Of a stretch of DNA of 64,000 nt, positions 1-13,488 are shown piece after piece. This DNA comes from Ptychomitrium polyphyllum (lineage: Eukaryota). Under the pieces are notes generated by a model. The model did not search any database. It was not told the origin of the DNA and saw nothing but the letters and a program-made list of their open reading frames with translations. The translations under genes were made by a program, and so were the position numbers. The stretch's first letter is position 1. Each line of letters opens with the position of its first letter. The stretch spans positions 22,940,001-23,004,000 of the forward strand of contig OZ316775.1 of the NCBI GenBank assembly GCA_973851085.1, in the 5' to 3' direction.

Positions 1-3000
1 CATTCGCTGTTCTCTCAAACAACAGAAGAAGAAGCAAGACTTGCCGTTGAGGCGGCAGCTGCAGTGCGACCTCCTCCTTCTATAGTTGTCTCTGTTAAGA
101 ATCAGCAGAGCTCCACTAGCTTTCTGAGATTGAAGAAGAGTTTTCAGAAAGCTCTGAAATGGCCCAATAATCACAAGGATAGGACCCAGAGAAATTTGTT
201 CAACCCGGAGGTCCTCACACGTCAAAAGCGACAATGGAGCGAGTCACAGATGAGAGCTTTGGTGAGTTGTGCACTTCCATATTTAGGTTATGCTACTTTA
301 AGTTAGTATTTACTTTTGGTACGAAAACGCTATTGAGAAAGGTCCAGTATATTTAGAGATTGTTGAGCCTGTGCTGCACCTTCACTGAAGATACAGACTT
401 AGAATTTTTTGGATCGGAGACCTTACAGCAGTACAACGCTGCTGTTGATTCCGGTAGTGGTAATTAATTTGCTCTTGAAGCGGAATCTAATGTCATTCTA
501 ACACATCATTGCATTATTGTAGTGGTGGGTAGATATTACTTCCTTTTTAACCCTAATACGTCCCAGTGTTCCAAGTCGCAAAATGCACTGAAGTGATGGC
601 CTGAGAGCTCATCGTGGACGTTCAAGGGTCAATTCATGAACCACTACCTCTTGAACCCGTTTTGTTGAATTGTTGTTCATACTTGTTAAGAATCGTACTA
701 GCGTTTAAATTTTCTTAGAAGTAATTGGTATTCTTTGTTCGTCCTGATGTTTGATTAAATTTTATTATCTGCAGGAAAGAAAGCATCAAATGAAGGAACC
801 TACATCTTTCTTTGAACATTTTGTAGTGGTGGGTCTTCGACCACATTCTGATGTTCAAGCTATAGAAGCTGCGTTTGCTAAGAAAAAGTTATGGCAACGG
901 GATGGAGAAAAAGCAGGCTTCGATTCTATCAACCACAATGCCTCTACACTTGAACCTGAGGTTGTAGCAACTGTGACCTGCTGCATGCATACTTCATCAT
1001 ATCTTCATACAGTTGGAAGGTTCTAATTGTTAGATGGAGAAGAGTCATCTGTTTGTCAATTTACCTTGTGTTTGCACTCGTGCTCTCACTCTGGTCTAGC
1101 CGGTAGGCAATTAGAATGATATGACTGCTGGTTATTTTTGTGATGTGTTTGTTACGTGTTCATTTATGTGATGTGGTGTATCCTTTCAGGTCCTATTCAA
1201 GTATCCGCTTAGCAAGAGACTTCCCATGAGAAGCAGTGAGCTACCTCACTTTTGCTTTCCCTCAGGAGTTGAGGTACGTCCTTTGTTGCTCTTAAATGCT
1301 TACTATGTGTGTCTTTTTCTGTGCCTCACATGATGTATGTACTTGGAGTAGTCCTGTAGAAGTATTCCCAAAATTTGAAATGTGTAAAATGCCTTCTGAT
1401 GCTTTGTTCTTTTGCTTAAATTATGGCGTGTGCCAGTCTAGTTTGCTTTTGTGAGTTTGTTACATCTTCATTTGGCTATTTGTATTTTGCCAATAGGCAG
1501 AAGGTTGAAGATAACTAGAGCAGCAACTTGTTAGTGTGACTGTCATTTATATGGAGCTGATAATTTTGATGAAACGCAGGCTCGAGTTATGGAGCGGACT
1601 CCATCCATGAGCGAATTGAATGATATTATGTACGGCCAGGTATATATTAATTTTGAAGTAAAGAAGTTGCTGGTAACCTCAAGTCGTATCTGTTACAAGA
1701 CGTTGTGTTTCCTTTTCGAAATGGGTTCAACTTGGTCAGACGTGTGTCAACTGTGGCCGTTAGCTTATTCCTGATTTGACTTCGAGAAGTGTCAGTTTTA
1801 GGATCTTGCAGGGGATTCTCAGACAGCTCTTGACAACACTCGTGCTCATATTTCGATACTTAATTGTTGAATTGAGTCATATTGTAAAAATGTGTGATGT
1901 TTACTTTCAGAGCCATCAAAATCGCGATGATCATTCATTTGTTTTCCTCATTAAGGTTAGTAATGCCTTGTTATTTGTCCTCCATGTTTCTTCTACAGTA
2001 CTCCTGGTGCTGAGATTGTACTGTTGTTGATGCTTGCTCAGCTTTAACTTCGTTGAAGCATTCCTTCAAATTTATTATGAATTTTTCTTTTTATTCTCGT
2101 TACTTCTATTGGTTTCCCGACATCTCCACAGGTTGCAGACAATGCTACTCTCTATGGAGTGTGTGTATTTGTACCTGAAATGGTGCAAAGGGCTCCAGCT
2201 TTCTTGTCAATGAACTCAGAATTATCTCCACGGCGGCTCCCTCGCGGACGCTTCTTAATCTCTGCTCCTCGTTGTTACTGTCTTCTCACAAGGCTGCCTT
2301 ACTTCGATCTTCATTTTGAAGTTTTGAACAGGTGAGTCGTTTATGCTTCGAGCCTCCTAGTTGATGAGAGGGTTTGGCTACTTTAGGTACTACTGAAGAA
2401 ATGGTTTGAAATCTTTGGAATTGTTGCTCTTGTGCGAGTGTCAAAGCTATGGAAGAGTTTTACCAAGTTGCAGGTTTCTATTCGTCCTTTCTGGTGCTCT
2501 GATATTGAATCTAGTCTTCTATTAAGTATTACAGCTTATCTGGTAGAAACTAATCTGCTTGTGTTTATTGTCTATTTGTTTGCTCAACAGCATTATTGCA
2601 CAAGAGCGACTGGATCGCATTACGGAGTGCGTAAAGGAGATAAGTCTCGTAGAACAAGTGCCAGCTATGGTAAAAGTTCTGAGTAAAAATCACGTTTGGC
2701 AAAATCCCCCTTCTCCTGATGATCCTGATGGATGGATGGAGAGTGCCATTCCCGTCGACAGTGTCCTTGGAGCAACGGCTGCTGCGGCTGGGCTCATTTC
2801 TGAGAGTGAGATGAACTCATTTGCTTCTAGAGGGTCAGGTCACATGTCTCCAGATACAACCTCAGAATGTGTATCACCACAACCTTTCTCTCCACAAGCA
2901 GAACCTCAGGAGAGTCGGCGTGTTTTTGATGTTGATAATGGAGTGCTAAACCCTGGTCCAGAGTTGGAAAATGGTTTTAGAGAAGCTATGGAGGTATGTT

Positions 3001-6000
3001 GTCTTCATATACGATTCCCTTGGACGGTTTTACTGGGCGGATTTTCTTCAGGCTTAGAACTTGCTTGTTAGTAATGTAATTTCTACTCTACAGGTGCATT
3101 CAGAGCAGATTTTAGAAGAGACAGCAAAGCTCTTAAACGGTGATGTGAAAACTCCTTCAACTGCAAGATTGGAAAAAGCAGATGATATGGGGTCCAGCTC
3201 AAGTCTGGGCACTACACAAGCGCAGCTTAGCAGAGGGCATGAACGTGTCGACAGCTTTGAATCAGTATATAGGTATTTACATTTTTTGACTTCCTGAAGG
3301 TTTATCAGTCAGAACTAGAATAGAGCCCAATTATCTAGTACACCAAGGAGAACATAGTGTGGAATAGATCTAGACTTGCGAATTGAAGTGATTTAATTTG
3401 TTTCCATGATGAGTCACGGTTAAGCGCCATTTCGTCATAAGGAAAAACGAGGCTTAAACTAATTGTGATTGGTCGTACGTCTATGACAGCGGCTTCAATG
3501 CTGATTCACTTCGGAGCAACGATTCTGACGATGAGCATGACGAAGAGACCTCGCCTTCCGGGCAAGAAGATAGTTACGGAGCTAAAGCGGTCCTTGACTG
3601 GGCTGAGGTGTGTGTATATTCACTTGTATTTGGATTACTCGTGAAGTTTGGTTGATTCTTAACAGGCTTGAGTATATACTGCATTCTTTTATTATGAATG
3701 TTGAACGCTTTATTGTCTTAATGAATTTCATCTTATTTACTCTTGTAGATTTAAAGGAGTCAGATCGGAATTTTGTGTAAAACATATTCTTTAATGAAAT
3801 GCAGGATGATTGAAACCTTTTGTGCAGTTTGCATTGAACATGCTCTGACTTGAGAATTTTGAAATTGGTGCATCAGGCCAATAAGAATGATTCCTTACGG
3901 GTTGTGGTTGGTTATCATCGGCTTCGCATTCCTGTGCGAGGTGAAACAATTCATTTTCAGCCGTTAGAACACTTGACGTCAATAACCTTCACCAGAGGAG
4001 GCAATGTGATTCCTGCCTTAGAGAATGAAGTGCCGGGCTTGAAACCTTCCAAGAGTAATTTGGAGGTTGCAGAGGTCAATATTTCATACACTTAATGTGC
4101 AATGTGATGTGTATTATATGTGTACTGTTTTCATAGTTCGTATAAATATTATTGTCATCATAATACTTCTCAACTGTGCGAGCTCATTTCTTTATATTTC
4201 AGCAGCATATTTGAGTTGCAATTTCAGTCACCTCGACCATAGTTTTTACTCATCACACTTTGTCTATGCAATCCAGAGGATCCTGGAATTTCAGTTTGAA
4301 GTGCTCTGTTATTCATAATGATCTTATTGGCTTCAGGAACGAGCAGCAGCTATGGCCGCAGAAGAGTGTGAAGCACTAGCTGTTTGGTCCGTGGCTACAA
4401 TCTGTAGAGAATTTTCCCTCCAAAATGTAAAATAACCTTGTGCCCTTTTGTCTTAAATAACGTATTATATTTGCTTTTCTTTGCAATAGATTGATAATGC
4501 AAAAAGATTGCAAACTCCTGAGCAGTCCTTTCACATAGTATTTGGGTGGTTATGGTGCCAGGTGCTCTCTATGCTCGCGTGTACTTTATTGGAGAAGCAG
4601 ATGGTGGTAATCTGCCCTAATCTGGTTAGTACAACATATTACTGGTTTGGTCACGCTTGAGACGAGCCCTATCTGTTTTTTGTAAATGGTTAAAATCTTG
4701 TAATCCTGGACCTGTATCTGGCCTTACATTACATTTGTAAGGCTGTCAGTCAAAGCTTTGTACAGTTTACAGCCTAAGTTCCGTGTGAGATGTCTTGGAG
4801 GAACTTAGTACGCCAGTAAATAATGCCATCGGACAGTTTGTGTTGGTTGTGCTGACCGATTTTAATATCATCAGAACCATCGATAATTCTGATGATATTA
4901 TACAGACGACAAAGCTAACATGGCGCTTCTTTGCTTTCACTTTCATCGCAGGGGGTTCTGTCAGCGGTGGTTTTGGCAATGAAGCCCATGATTCGACCAT
5001 ATGTATGGCAATGCCTTCTTCTTCCTGTGAGTATTTTGTGAATCTCACCCAAATACCTGCTGACTAGTGCATATGGACCAGATTATAAGTCTAGTTTAGA
5101 GTTTCTTGACCACGAATGAACCTTAAAGTTTTTAACTAAAGGACGACACGTAAAAAACATTAGGGGTATTAATGAATTATTTTCAACCAAAAATTAGTAT
5201 TAACATTAGATCTACTTGTTTTGTATCTGTACACCTATTCGTTCAGATCTGCTTTGTTTCCTTGTTAGAAACACTGTTAGGTGATTGCCTCCTCTATTAG
5301 GTACTTTTACAATCAGCAAAATTATACTAACCACTCTTTAGATCACCGGTCTCCTAAGTTGCCTCTCTTTTCAATAGAAACAAGAGGGACCGTGTATACT
5401 CGTTCAGATATTTAATTGCAATCTTTTTATTTACAAATTTGGAGTCTTGTTTTAGAGTATGTTAACCTGCTAATGATTGCACTATTGTCTTCATCAGGTC
5501 CTTCCTAACAAGATGCTGGATTTTCTGGATGCGCCGGTGCCTTACATTGTAAGGACACAGCCCTGTGACTTAGTGTTCGTTCAAATTTCTTAATATTAAT
5601 ACCTTAGCGAAATGGGGTTAGGTAAATTACATAATTGAGCTTGTATTTTTATTACTCATATGCAGTACCATTTACAATAAGGTAATGGGCTCTATGCGGC
5701 TGGTCCTTGCGACAATTATAATTGTGAAATAGGAACAGCATGTATGGAATGCACATCTGCTTGGCTGGCAAGACCCGAGCCTTTTTTCATATTTAAGAAA
5801 ATGTTGAGAGGTATGAGAGCTTACATTTGTCCTTGTTGCAGGTTGGTATACAGCACAAAACCTCTGAAGTTCAATCGAAGGTGGCACATCTAGTCCGCGT
5901 TAATGTTTTGAAGAATAAGGTAACTTTCTCAGTAACTACTAGAACTGCTGAAAGTCTATTCAGTAGGTACTATGAATTCTAAAATATAGTTTTGAGAACA

Positions 6001-7183
6001 TTAGTAGTTACAATATATGGTGATGGATCTTCTGAGATTGTGATAGGTTTTTAATCGGATACCTCTAAATAATATCCATGATTTTACAGGTATCAATGTC
6101 TTCAATCCCGCAACTTCCTGAGTACAACAAACTTCTGTCTGAGCTGGAACCATTCCATTCGCAATTGGCAGCAGTAAGTCTCTCAGCTAGAAGACATCCA
6201 GTTCATCAAACCAATGGAGCTCAGGTGTGTTAAACTCTTTGACTATTCATATTTGTCTTTTGATTTTCCATCTTCCTGTTGTTACTTGCATCAAATCTCA
6301 GAAGTGCGGCTTGTTTGTTTTTTGGAAATCTTTTGCAATTCAATGTAGGTTTAGAAACGTTTGCCACCTTCCCAGTCGTTTAGGATAGGAGTTTTGGTAC
6401 TTAGAAAATCCAAGTAGTCAACCAATGTTGGAAAGTTGGTTGCAGGCCAGTGCAGTGGAGGGTTTCTTACAAGTGTTGCGAAAATACTGTACTGAAATAC
6501 TGTGTAAAAATCTGCGCTCTCATACCATCACCAATGTGCAATCTAATAATGACAAGGTACAATCTCTTAGATGAGATTTGTGTTCAGAATATGCATGTCG
6601 GTTGAGGACGTGAAAATTTGTGTACTGCTGAACTTCTGTTGCTCGAGTGAACATTTGAGCCATACCAAGACTTTATACATTATAGCACACAATTTTGTTG
6701 CTACAGATGCTCTTACCTTGTGAAACCATTTTGAGTTGTTCTAGGCGCACGTTACAGTGAGTAAATGAACTTAACAACACAACAAGTACACAACTCCTTC
6801 TCAAAGCGCAGTTATGCCATTTTGATTACACATCAATGACTTTAAATTTGTACTTGCGTTTCTATTAAGTTCTCCCTCCCTATGTGGACAGGTATCACTG
6901 CTTTTGAAGGACAGCTTCATTGATTCGTTCTCTTCACGTGATCAATCATTTATCAAGGTATTTGAAATTAGGTTTTGCAAAATTACTGTTTGTGTCACTA
7001 GTACGTTTTGATGTAGTTCGTTCATGTATGTCGAAATAATTTCTTTGCAACGTCTTTTAGTTCCTAGGAGTACTGAACTTATGCCAATACTCTCAATCTC
7101 TGTTGTGGATGCAGCTTTTTGCAGATACACAATTATTTTCTGTATACACAGATGCTATACTCTCAAGCTACCAAAATAGTTGA
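1..7183 (+). CDS. DENN-domain protein (putative Rab GEF), multi-exon, 5' end outside the window
   Basis: Exons read by eye give uDENN/DENN/dDENN-like motifs: FFEHFVVVGL, LPHFCFPSGV, LYGVCV, APRCYCLLTRLPYFDLHFEVLN, LLEKQMVVICPNL, LDFLDAPVPYI, and end in FADTQLFSVYTDAILSSYQNS with TGA at 7181-7183. About 19 exons with GT-AG introns lie in the window. Confidence 0.9.
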
Positions 7184-7799
7184 GCCTGTTGTACCTTAAC
7201 GTCGTTCTTCATTGACACGCCTGACACTGGGAAAATCACTTACCTAAGAATGGCGTAGGCCATTTACTTTTGACTCACATGGTACATGTACGTAGAAACG
7301 GCTGTGAACCTCAAATTGAGTGGCATAGTTCACCCGTCAAGAGGGTGCGAGGAATTAGTTAGTTGCAGAGAGTACATATAAAGTTAAAGATGGACACGTC
7401 GCTCCTGAGAAATATTAGAGAAGATTCTGAGGCGTTGTGGACATGCTGGTGTAGATAGAACGAGTGCAGTTAATGATTCTGTACTTTTTGGCATGCAAGT
7501 CTTGGACCTCGCTTTTAGATCATAAGCAATCAGATTGATGTGATTACTGTTGTCACCCTATTGTAATAAGTATGATTACACTGTTGTATGTCTCGTGCTC
7601 CCAGACCCAGCGATTGCCTTCGAATTTCCTTTCCTAATCTCCAGAACTTTTTCAATTGCCACAGCGAAAGAAGGAATGCATGAGAGGAAACTCAGTCAAA
7701 TGAATGTGATTCTGCAAGGATACTGCTGTCATCGCACTCCCAAGTATCTTTTGTGTAGTTCTTTGAATCAGAAACACTGGCAGCCGGATAGTGGATGCT

Positions 7800-9100
7800 G
7801 GTCTGAAGAATTCTCTTCGACCCCTTCTTGACAGTTGCGGCCTCTCAAAGAATGGCATGCAGACAACTAATGATAATTTTTTTTTAATCAAAGGATCTAG
7901 ATGAACCGGCAACTTTGGTTTATTGCTGTTCGAATCAGCGTCACAGTCAGAAAGGAGATCAAAGACAAGCTCATGGCATGTCATGCAAGACTGTACACAT
8001 TGCACTTATTTGTAAATATCACTTTGAAAATGGGAGGGCTATTCTTCAAATGCTAAAGTATCTCAGGTGCTCTCCAAAATTCCAAAAGTGAATTCTTACG
8101 ACCCCAACTAAACACACAAAATTAGATACAATTACCCTAAACATTTCATCTTATAAACATGACCCATGTGTAGTTTTGTCATATATACGTAATTCCCTGC
8201 TTTGAGGTCGTTATGTAGGATCGGTGGATGTTGCATGCACAACAAGTTTTTATAAATGCCATCTCGAGCATGAACTTCAATACTTGCTTCACAGAGAAGG
8301 AAGAGTCTTGGTTATGAAAATTTTGGATTTATGCTCATCAATTTAACTTCTGCAAATCTTCCCAACACAAAGGCAAATCTGTCAAAGAACCTCTTATCTT
8401 TTAACACCTCACCACACTTAGAGCCTGGCAAGTTAATAATCGGGCCGGGCCAAATACATACTGATGGGTCCTTTAAGAGAGGAGGGAACCGCTTTTCAAG
8501 ACCTTGCAGGAGGTTACCTTCACTACCCAATTGTTCCCTGCATTGGCTTTCGAAGATCTCCGCCTGCCCTCCCTAGACCAGTTTCTTGTCCACTACCAAA
8601 GTGTGTTGTTAACTCCCTCAGACACAACAATCTGATCCCCTTTCGAGCACATACTTTCTGCGCTTGAGCAACTCGAAATACTCTCTGTTCGTCTCTGCCA
8701 AGTGCTCTGACTCGGACATTGAAATCTACTTGGGTACAGAGCACTTCCAAGGCCTCGATCTCAGACCCTGTTTCAAGTTCCAGCTGTTACTCGTCAACCA
8801 TGCGTGAACTGCGTGCAGTTTGGTACCATGATGGAGAAGATGGGCTGTGAAGTATAGTTTAGGAACAGCAAACTCTTCCATCTCACAATCTGGGCCAGCT
8901 GTGATCTCCATGGCAGGTGCACAATCTGATGCTTCAAAAGAGTCCAATGATGTGATGTACAGCTTAGCCATGGTCGTCGGCCACATGAATCATATAACTT
9001 TTGCTACTTGAGCTCGCCATGGAGAGAGCATGCTCAGCTTTTACTTCCACTTCGGAAAACCTGTCTAGCTCGGTAGTTGATAATCTTGCGACAAGTAGTC
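7800..9100 (-). pseudogene. Decayed intronless Ser/Thr/Tyr protein kinase (GGQAEI-type family) with an N-terminal extension
   Basis: Kinase motifs occur in the correct order on the minus strand across stops and frameshifts: KKLV*GGQAEIFE (~8551-8590), DRFAFVLGR, QVLKFMLEMA, ILHNDLKAGN (~8192-8220), SNFVCLVGVV, FWRAPEIL (~8056-8079), NKCNVYSL/MTCHEL, KPKLP...ERP. Boundaries are approximate. Confidence 0.75.
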
Positions 9101-11599
9101 CTTCCAGGCGCTGAAAAGCGACACTAGTCGACTAATATAAGAAATTTAAAACTGAAGCAAAACACTCCTCCAAGTTGGCACTCCTGCCTGATCTGCTCTC
9201 GTGTGTAAAAAGGAGAGTTTTCAACTTTCCAGTTTCTGAAACTTTCAGTGAGCAAGGGACAAGAGATCGGAAGAAAAGCGTGGTGTGGAATTGTTGGAAA
9301 ATCTATTGTACCAGTCCTATACATTGAGAATACAAGTACTAGATGAATATCGATGAATGCGGATGAATTTATTTTATCTAGTGTAGTCGTCTCTTTCATT
9401 TTGTCTATAGTCCATTCGTTTTTTTGTACAGAATAGATCCTTCTTGTGCTTAACAATTTAACATGCTTCCAATGCACAAATGACCTAGCGTCCATGAATG
9501 CTTTAATATGTGTACATGTGATGTACAAGTAGTTTAGCAGTCTAGTAGTTTAATACGTTATGGACTTGTTTCAAATAATTATTGCAAAGTTAGCATTCTC
9601 TTTGCATTTCAAAGGAATTGTTTCTCTTTGTCTTTTTTTGTGTAACAATCATGAATTACATGTCTGGTTGAAGAGTTTTAGAGCATTGTGATACCAGCGG
9701 TGTTGTGGTGAGAGTGATTGTTAAAGGAAACACTGGGTTTTTTTTGCATCTAGTTAATTAAGTGCAAGGCTTTTTTAACTTTTATATTATAATAAAAACT
9801 ATAACTTCTAAATTTTTATTAATTATTTATACATTTTTAATTTCTACTTCCCAACTCTCTTTTCTTGTATTTTCATAGAACTCTAGTCTTTATCAATAAT
9901 TCTAATCTTTCTTACATTTAAATCTAAATTATAATTTCTCCTATATCTTCAAATTCAAAGGTTCTATGCTCTAAGGATTTTAATAACATAAGGAGAATGT
10001 CTAAGTGCAACCTTCAAAATTTCTTAATTGTAGTCCAAGTAATTGTCAAGAATTGTATCTTCAAAAGTCTCACTTTTTTTACCATAACTCCTAAACCTCC
10101 CTTATTTCATTGATGTGCAACTCCTTTTCTACAACAAATCTAAACTTCAAAATTTATGACTATATATATTTATCTTATAATAAATACTTCTTAAAAATAT
10201 CAACCTCAAAAGCCCCTCCAACCATTTCCAATGGTTCAAAACATATAACTTCAAACTTTGTTGTGTATTGCCTTCAAACTCCAATTGCATTTTTACTTAT
10301 ATTTCTTACTATAAGAATTTATTACTCTCAAAATTTCTACACCATCATTTTAAAATAGCCAAAATGCTATTCCAAAAATTTTATTATCAAAAATCATTTC
10401 TACAAAAAGTTATAAGCATTCAAAGTAGCTGATTCAAGGCAGAAATTCAAAGCAGCTAGCTAACTCAACTTTATTCAAACTAGTGCCAAGGTAACATACT
10501 AATTCCAAATGGAGCGTGAGATGGTTTTTTGAAAAGCTTACAAAAGAAGAAAAAAATTCAACAAAAAAAAATTCAAACTAAAAAGTGTACAATGAGATAT
10601 TACTAGAAGAAGGCTGTCTTTTTATTTAAATGGGAGAGGCTGAGAGAAAAGAAGAGGGCGGGGGCTGAGAGAAAAGAAGAAGGTGGTGGTCAAATCACCA
10701 CATTAGCCCCTTATTACTTTAGGCCAGCTTTATTTCTCCACAATAGTCCTTATTCTCTTTTATTAAGCTCTTATCTAATCATATCTTCAAATAAAAAACA
10801 ACTCATATCCTTTTTTCTTTACTTTTCTTTCCTTTGGTTGAAATTTCTAGGTTTAAACTACAAAATAAGACAAAATGAACTCTCACAAAATTAAAAATAG
10901 GAATAAAAAATTAAAATAAAGAAAAAAAAGTAAGAAAAAGATTGGAGTTCAATAAAAAACAAGCTAAGAATAAAGTCATCGTCGAGGCAAAATCAAACAC
11001 CAACTCATGAACTTGATTGACTGAATAAGTTCCAACTGCTGAACTTATCCAAATTCGATTTTTGTCGAATTTGATGCGTAGAATAACAACACTTGACTTG
11101 ATATTACTGATGAGAATGACAAGTAAGAAAATACTACAGTCAACTGGCCTATTCATCCTGAGCTAAGACAAGATGCGATTCTACTTCTAAGACAAATAAA
11201 ATATTGTAATTTCACCACAATATTTTTTTATCCAATTAATTTTATTTTTTTCCCTTAATATTTCTTTCCAAATATAATAAATCAAATTCTACCAAATAAC
11301 AAATACTATTTAAGTTTTAAATTGCACAATTGAATACATCACGTTAGCAAATTTACCAAGAAGCGGTAATAATTTCTTATAAAAGAATTCAAGCATATGA
11401 ATCTCATTATTGATGGTCTAATTTGTATATTTGAAAGCATATCAATCTAATAGTTTGTAGTTTAAATTGTGTGTTTGAATTGCAAGAAAAACTAGTTGTG
11501 CAGCATAGAGATTCCATTATTATTATTTTTTAATAAAATAGTCAGGTGTATTTTCTTAGAAATCTTTTTAAGTATGGAAAAACAGAAGAGCAAACATTA

Positions 11600-12886
11600 A
11601 AAGAGAAAACAAGTATAAAAAATTATGATGGAACTTAATTTTAAATGTGGAAGATGCATATAACATTTAATTTTTAGTTATGAGACCTTTTTGGTATTTA
11701 AATGGTGATGAACTAAATTGTAGTTATTAGACACATGAAGAGCAAGTCTGCTGGAAGATATGTGATAAACAAGCTATTATTATTATTCTTGATGCTAGTA
11801 CCATCTACAACAAAGAAAAAATCATTCAATATTCTATTTCTTATCAAATGTAAATGCAATTAGCAGCATGTTATTAACTTTATAATGTGGAATGTATTAT
11901 TCTTCAAGTAAAATTCTATAGTTGTTGTCTTGGAGAAACTAATTTCATAGATGTCTTTGTGAGTAAGACTTAAAGACTTGCTTAACAACTTAATGACCTA
12001 AGTCAATCTATTTTGGAAAGACAAATTTTTAATGATATCAAATGTAGTTTGCTATCAAGTTACAATTTTTTTTTATTCACTTGGAATAATGTATTGCGTT
12101 TTGAACAAATTCTTATGAACTTTCAATCTTGATTGATTAAGCAAGGAAATTATTTGCCAAAGAAAGCTAGTCTTAGTGGTATTTAAGTTAAAAAATATTT
12201 TTATAGTAAGAATAAATCTTCTAGCTATCATTCATGGTTTTTAACCTAAGTAAAAAAGAAAAAAAATAGAGCATCTTACAAAATTAAAGCAAGCATCTTG
12301 CATAATAATTGTGATGAAAGCAGCAATTTTGCAAAAGAGTGCCTTTATAAAAAGCCTATCATTAGAATTGATGATTTTATTTTTATAACTTGACATATAC
12401 ATAAGCATCATTATCATCAATAGCACTATCATTAAAAAATAGCTAAGCAAATATTTTGTCCATTCATTTAGTAATTTTTTTCTTAAATGATATTGAAGTT
12501 GAAATCCTACCGCCTTCAATAAATGAGGCATATTTTATATCTTTTTTTCATATATCTTTTAATATGGTTTAAATTATTTATTCTAATATTAATAAATATA
12601 TGATTGATAAGATAAATTGATTCATCAGTTTTGAATCAATCTTTTAATATTATTGATTTATAATCATAAACTTTGAGTTAAAGGAACTTGTGATATTATT
12701 GTTCACTTAAATGTTTATATTGAAATTTTTCCAATTAAATTCAAGAATATGTTATATGTGCCCAAGTTGAAGTGGAATTTACTCTTTATATTTCAACTTC
12801 TTGCAAACAAAGTGGCTACTTGTCCATGCTCAAAATAAGTACAAGATGATTTCTAATTATAAATATGGCAAGCTTCTTATGACTAG
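11600..12886 (+). mobile_element. Highly decayed Ty1/copia gag-protease fragment
   Basis: Degenerate zinc knuckle HNNCDESSNFAKEC (~12300-12345), protease-like *IDSS (~12613-12630) and VKGTCDI...KNMLYVPKLKWNLL..QL (~12677-12800). Very AT-rich with many stops. The left boundary is uncertain. Confidence 0.6.
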
Positions 12887-13488
12887 TATTAAGGACATAG
12901 ATCATGAAACATAGCCTTTAGAACCTTCTAAAACCTTTTGGTATATTATAGTAGCTTTTTAGAATACTTTCAAATGTCTTTATAGCCGTTTCTATATTTT
13001 TGAAAATTTCCTAGAAAAATTCCGCCACTTTAAGAAACTTCCTAGGACAGTTCCACCACCTTAGGAAACTTTCTAAGAAGATTCCATCACCTCAAAAAAC
13101 TTCCTAGGAAGGTTCTACCTCTTTAGGAAACTTCCTAAGAAGGTTCTACCATTTTAAAAAATTTCTAAGGAAAGTTCCAACTCCTTGGAAGCTTCTTAGG
13201 AAGGCTCCAACATCTTAGGAAACTTCTTGGGAAGGTTCCATAGATTTCTAAAACATTCTTAAGACTTGTAGGAAGCTTTTTTAGGAGCATCTTAGGAAAT
13301 ATAAGCGTCATAGTATAAATAGGAAGGAAGGCAAGGTATTCCTTAGTCTTGCCAACACAAGTTGTAGATCATTTTGTATCTTGGATTGTTCCAGTCTTTG
13401 TATCAAGTTCTTGTTAATCATTAGCTTTTTGGAAGTTAATGCTTGAAAAACACTTTGTTTCTACTTCTTGTTTCTTGTCTTCATAACA
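12887..13488 (+). repeat. 5' LTR of gypsy copy 1 (~602 bp; may extend to 13509)
   Basis: Aligns with 16982-17552, contains TATAAATA at ~13314 and 8 tandem ~31-bp units. The end is placed at ...TAACA. Confidence 0.75.

Noticed and set aside
8523..8986. Initial impression of a BTB/BACK-domain remnant
   Set aside because: Reading through the stops gave ordered kinase subdomain motifs instead.
9760..11600. AT-rich stretch that may be a decayed transposase or a copia LTR
   Set aside because: No motif or terminus could be assigned with confidence by eye.
13000..13240. CRISPR-like appearance of regularly spaced palindromic repeats
   Set aside because: The units are contiguous with no unique spacers, lie inside LTRs, and the context is eukaryotic with no cas genes.
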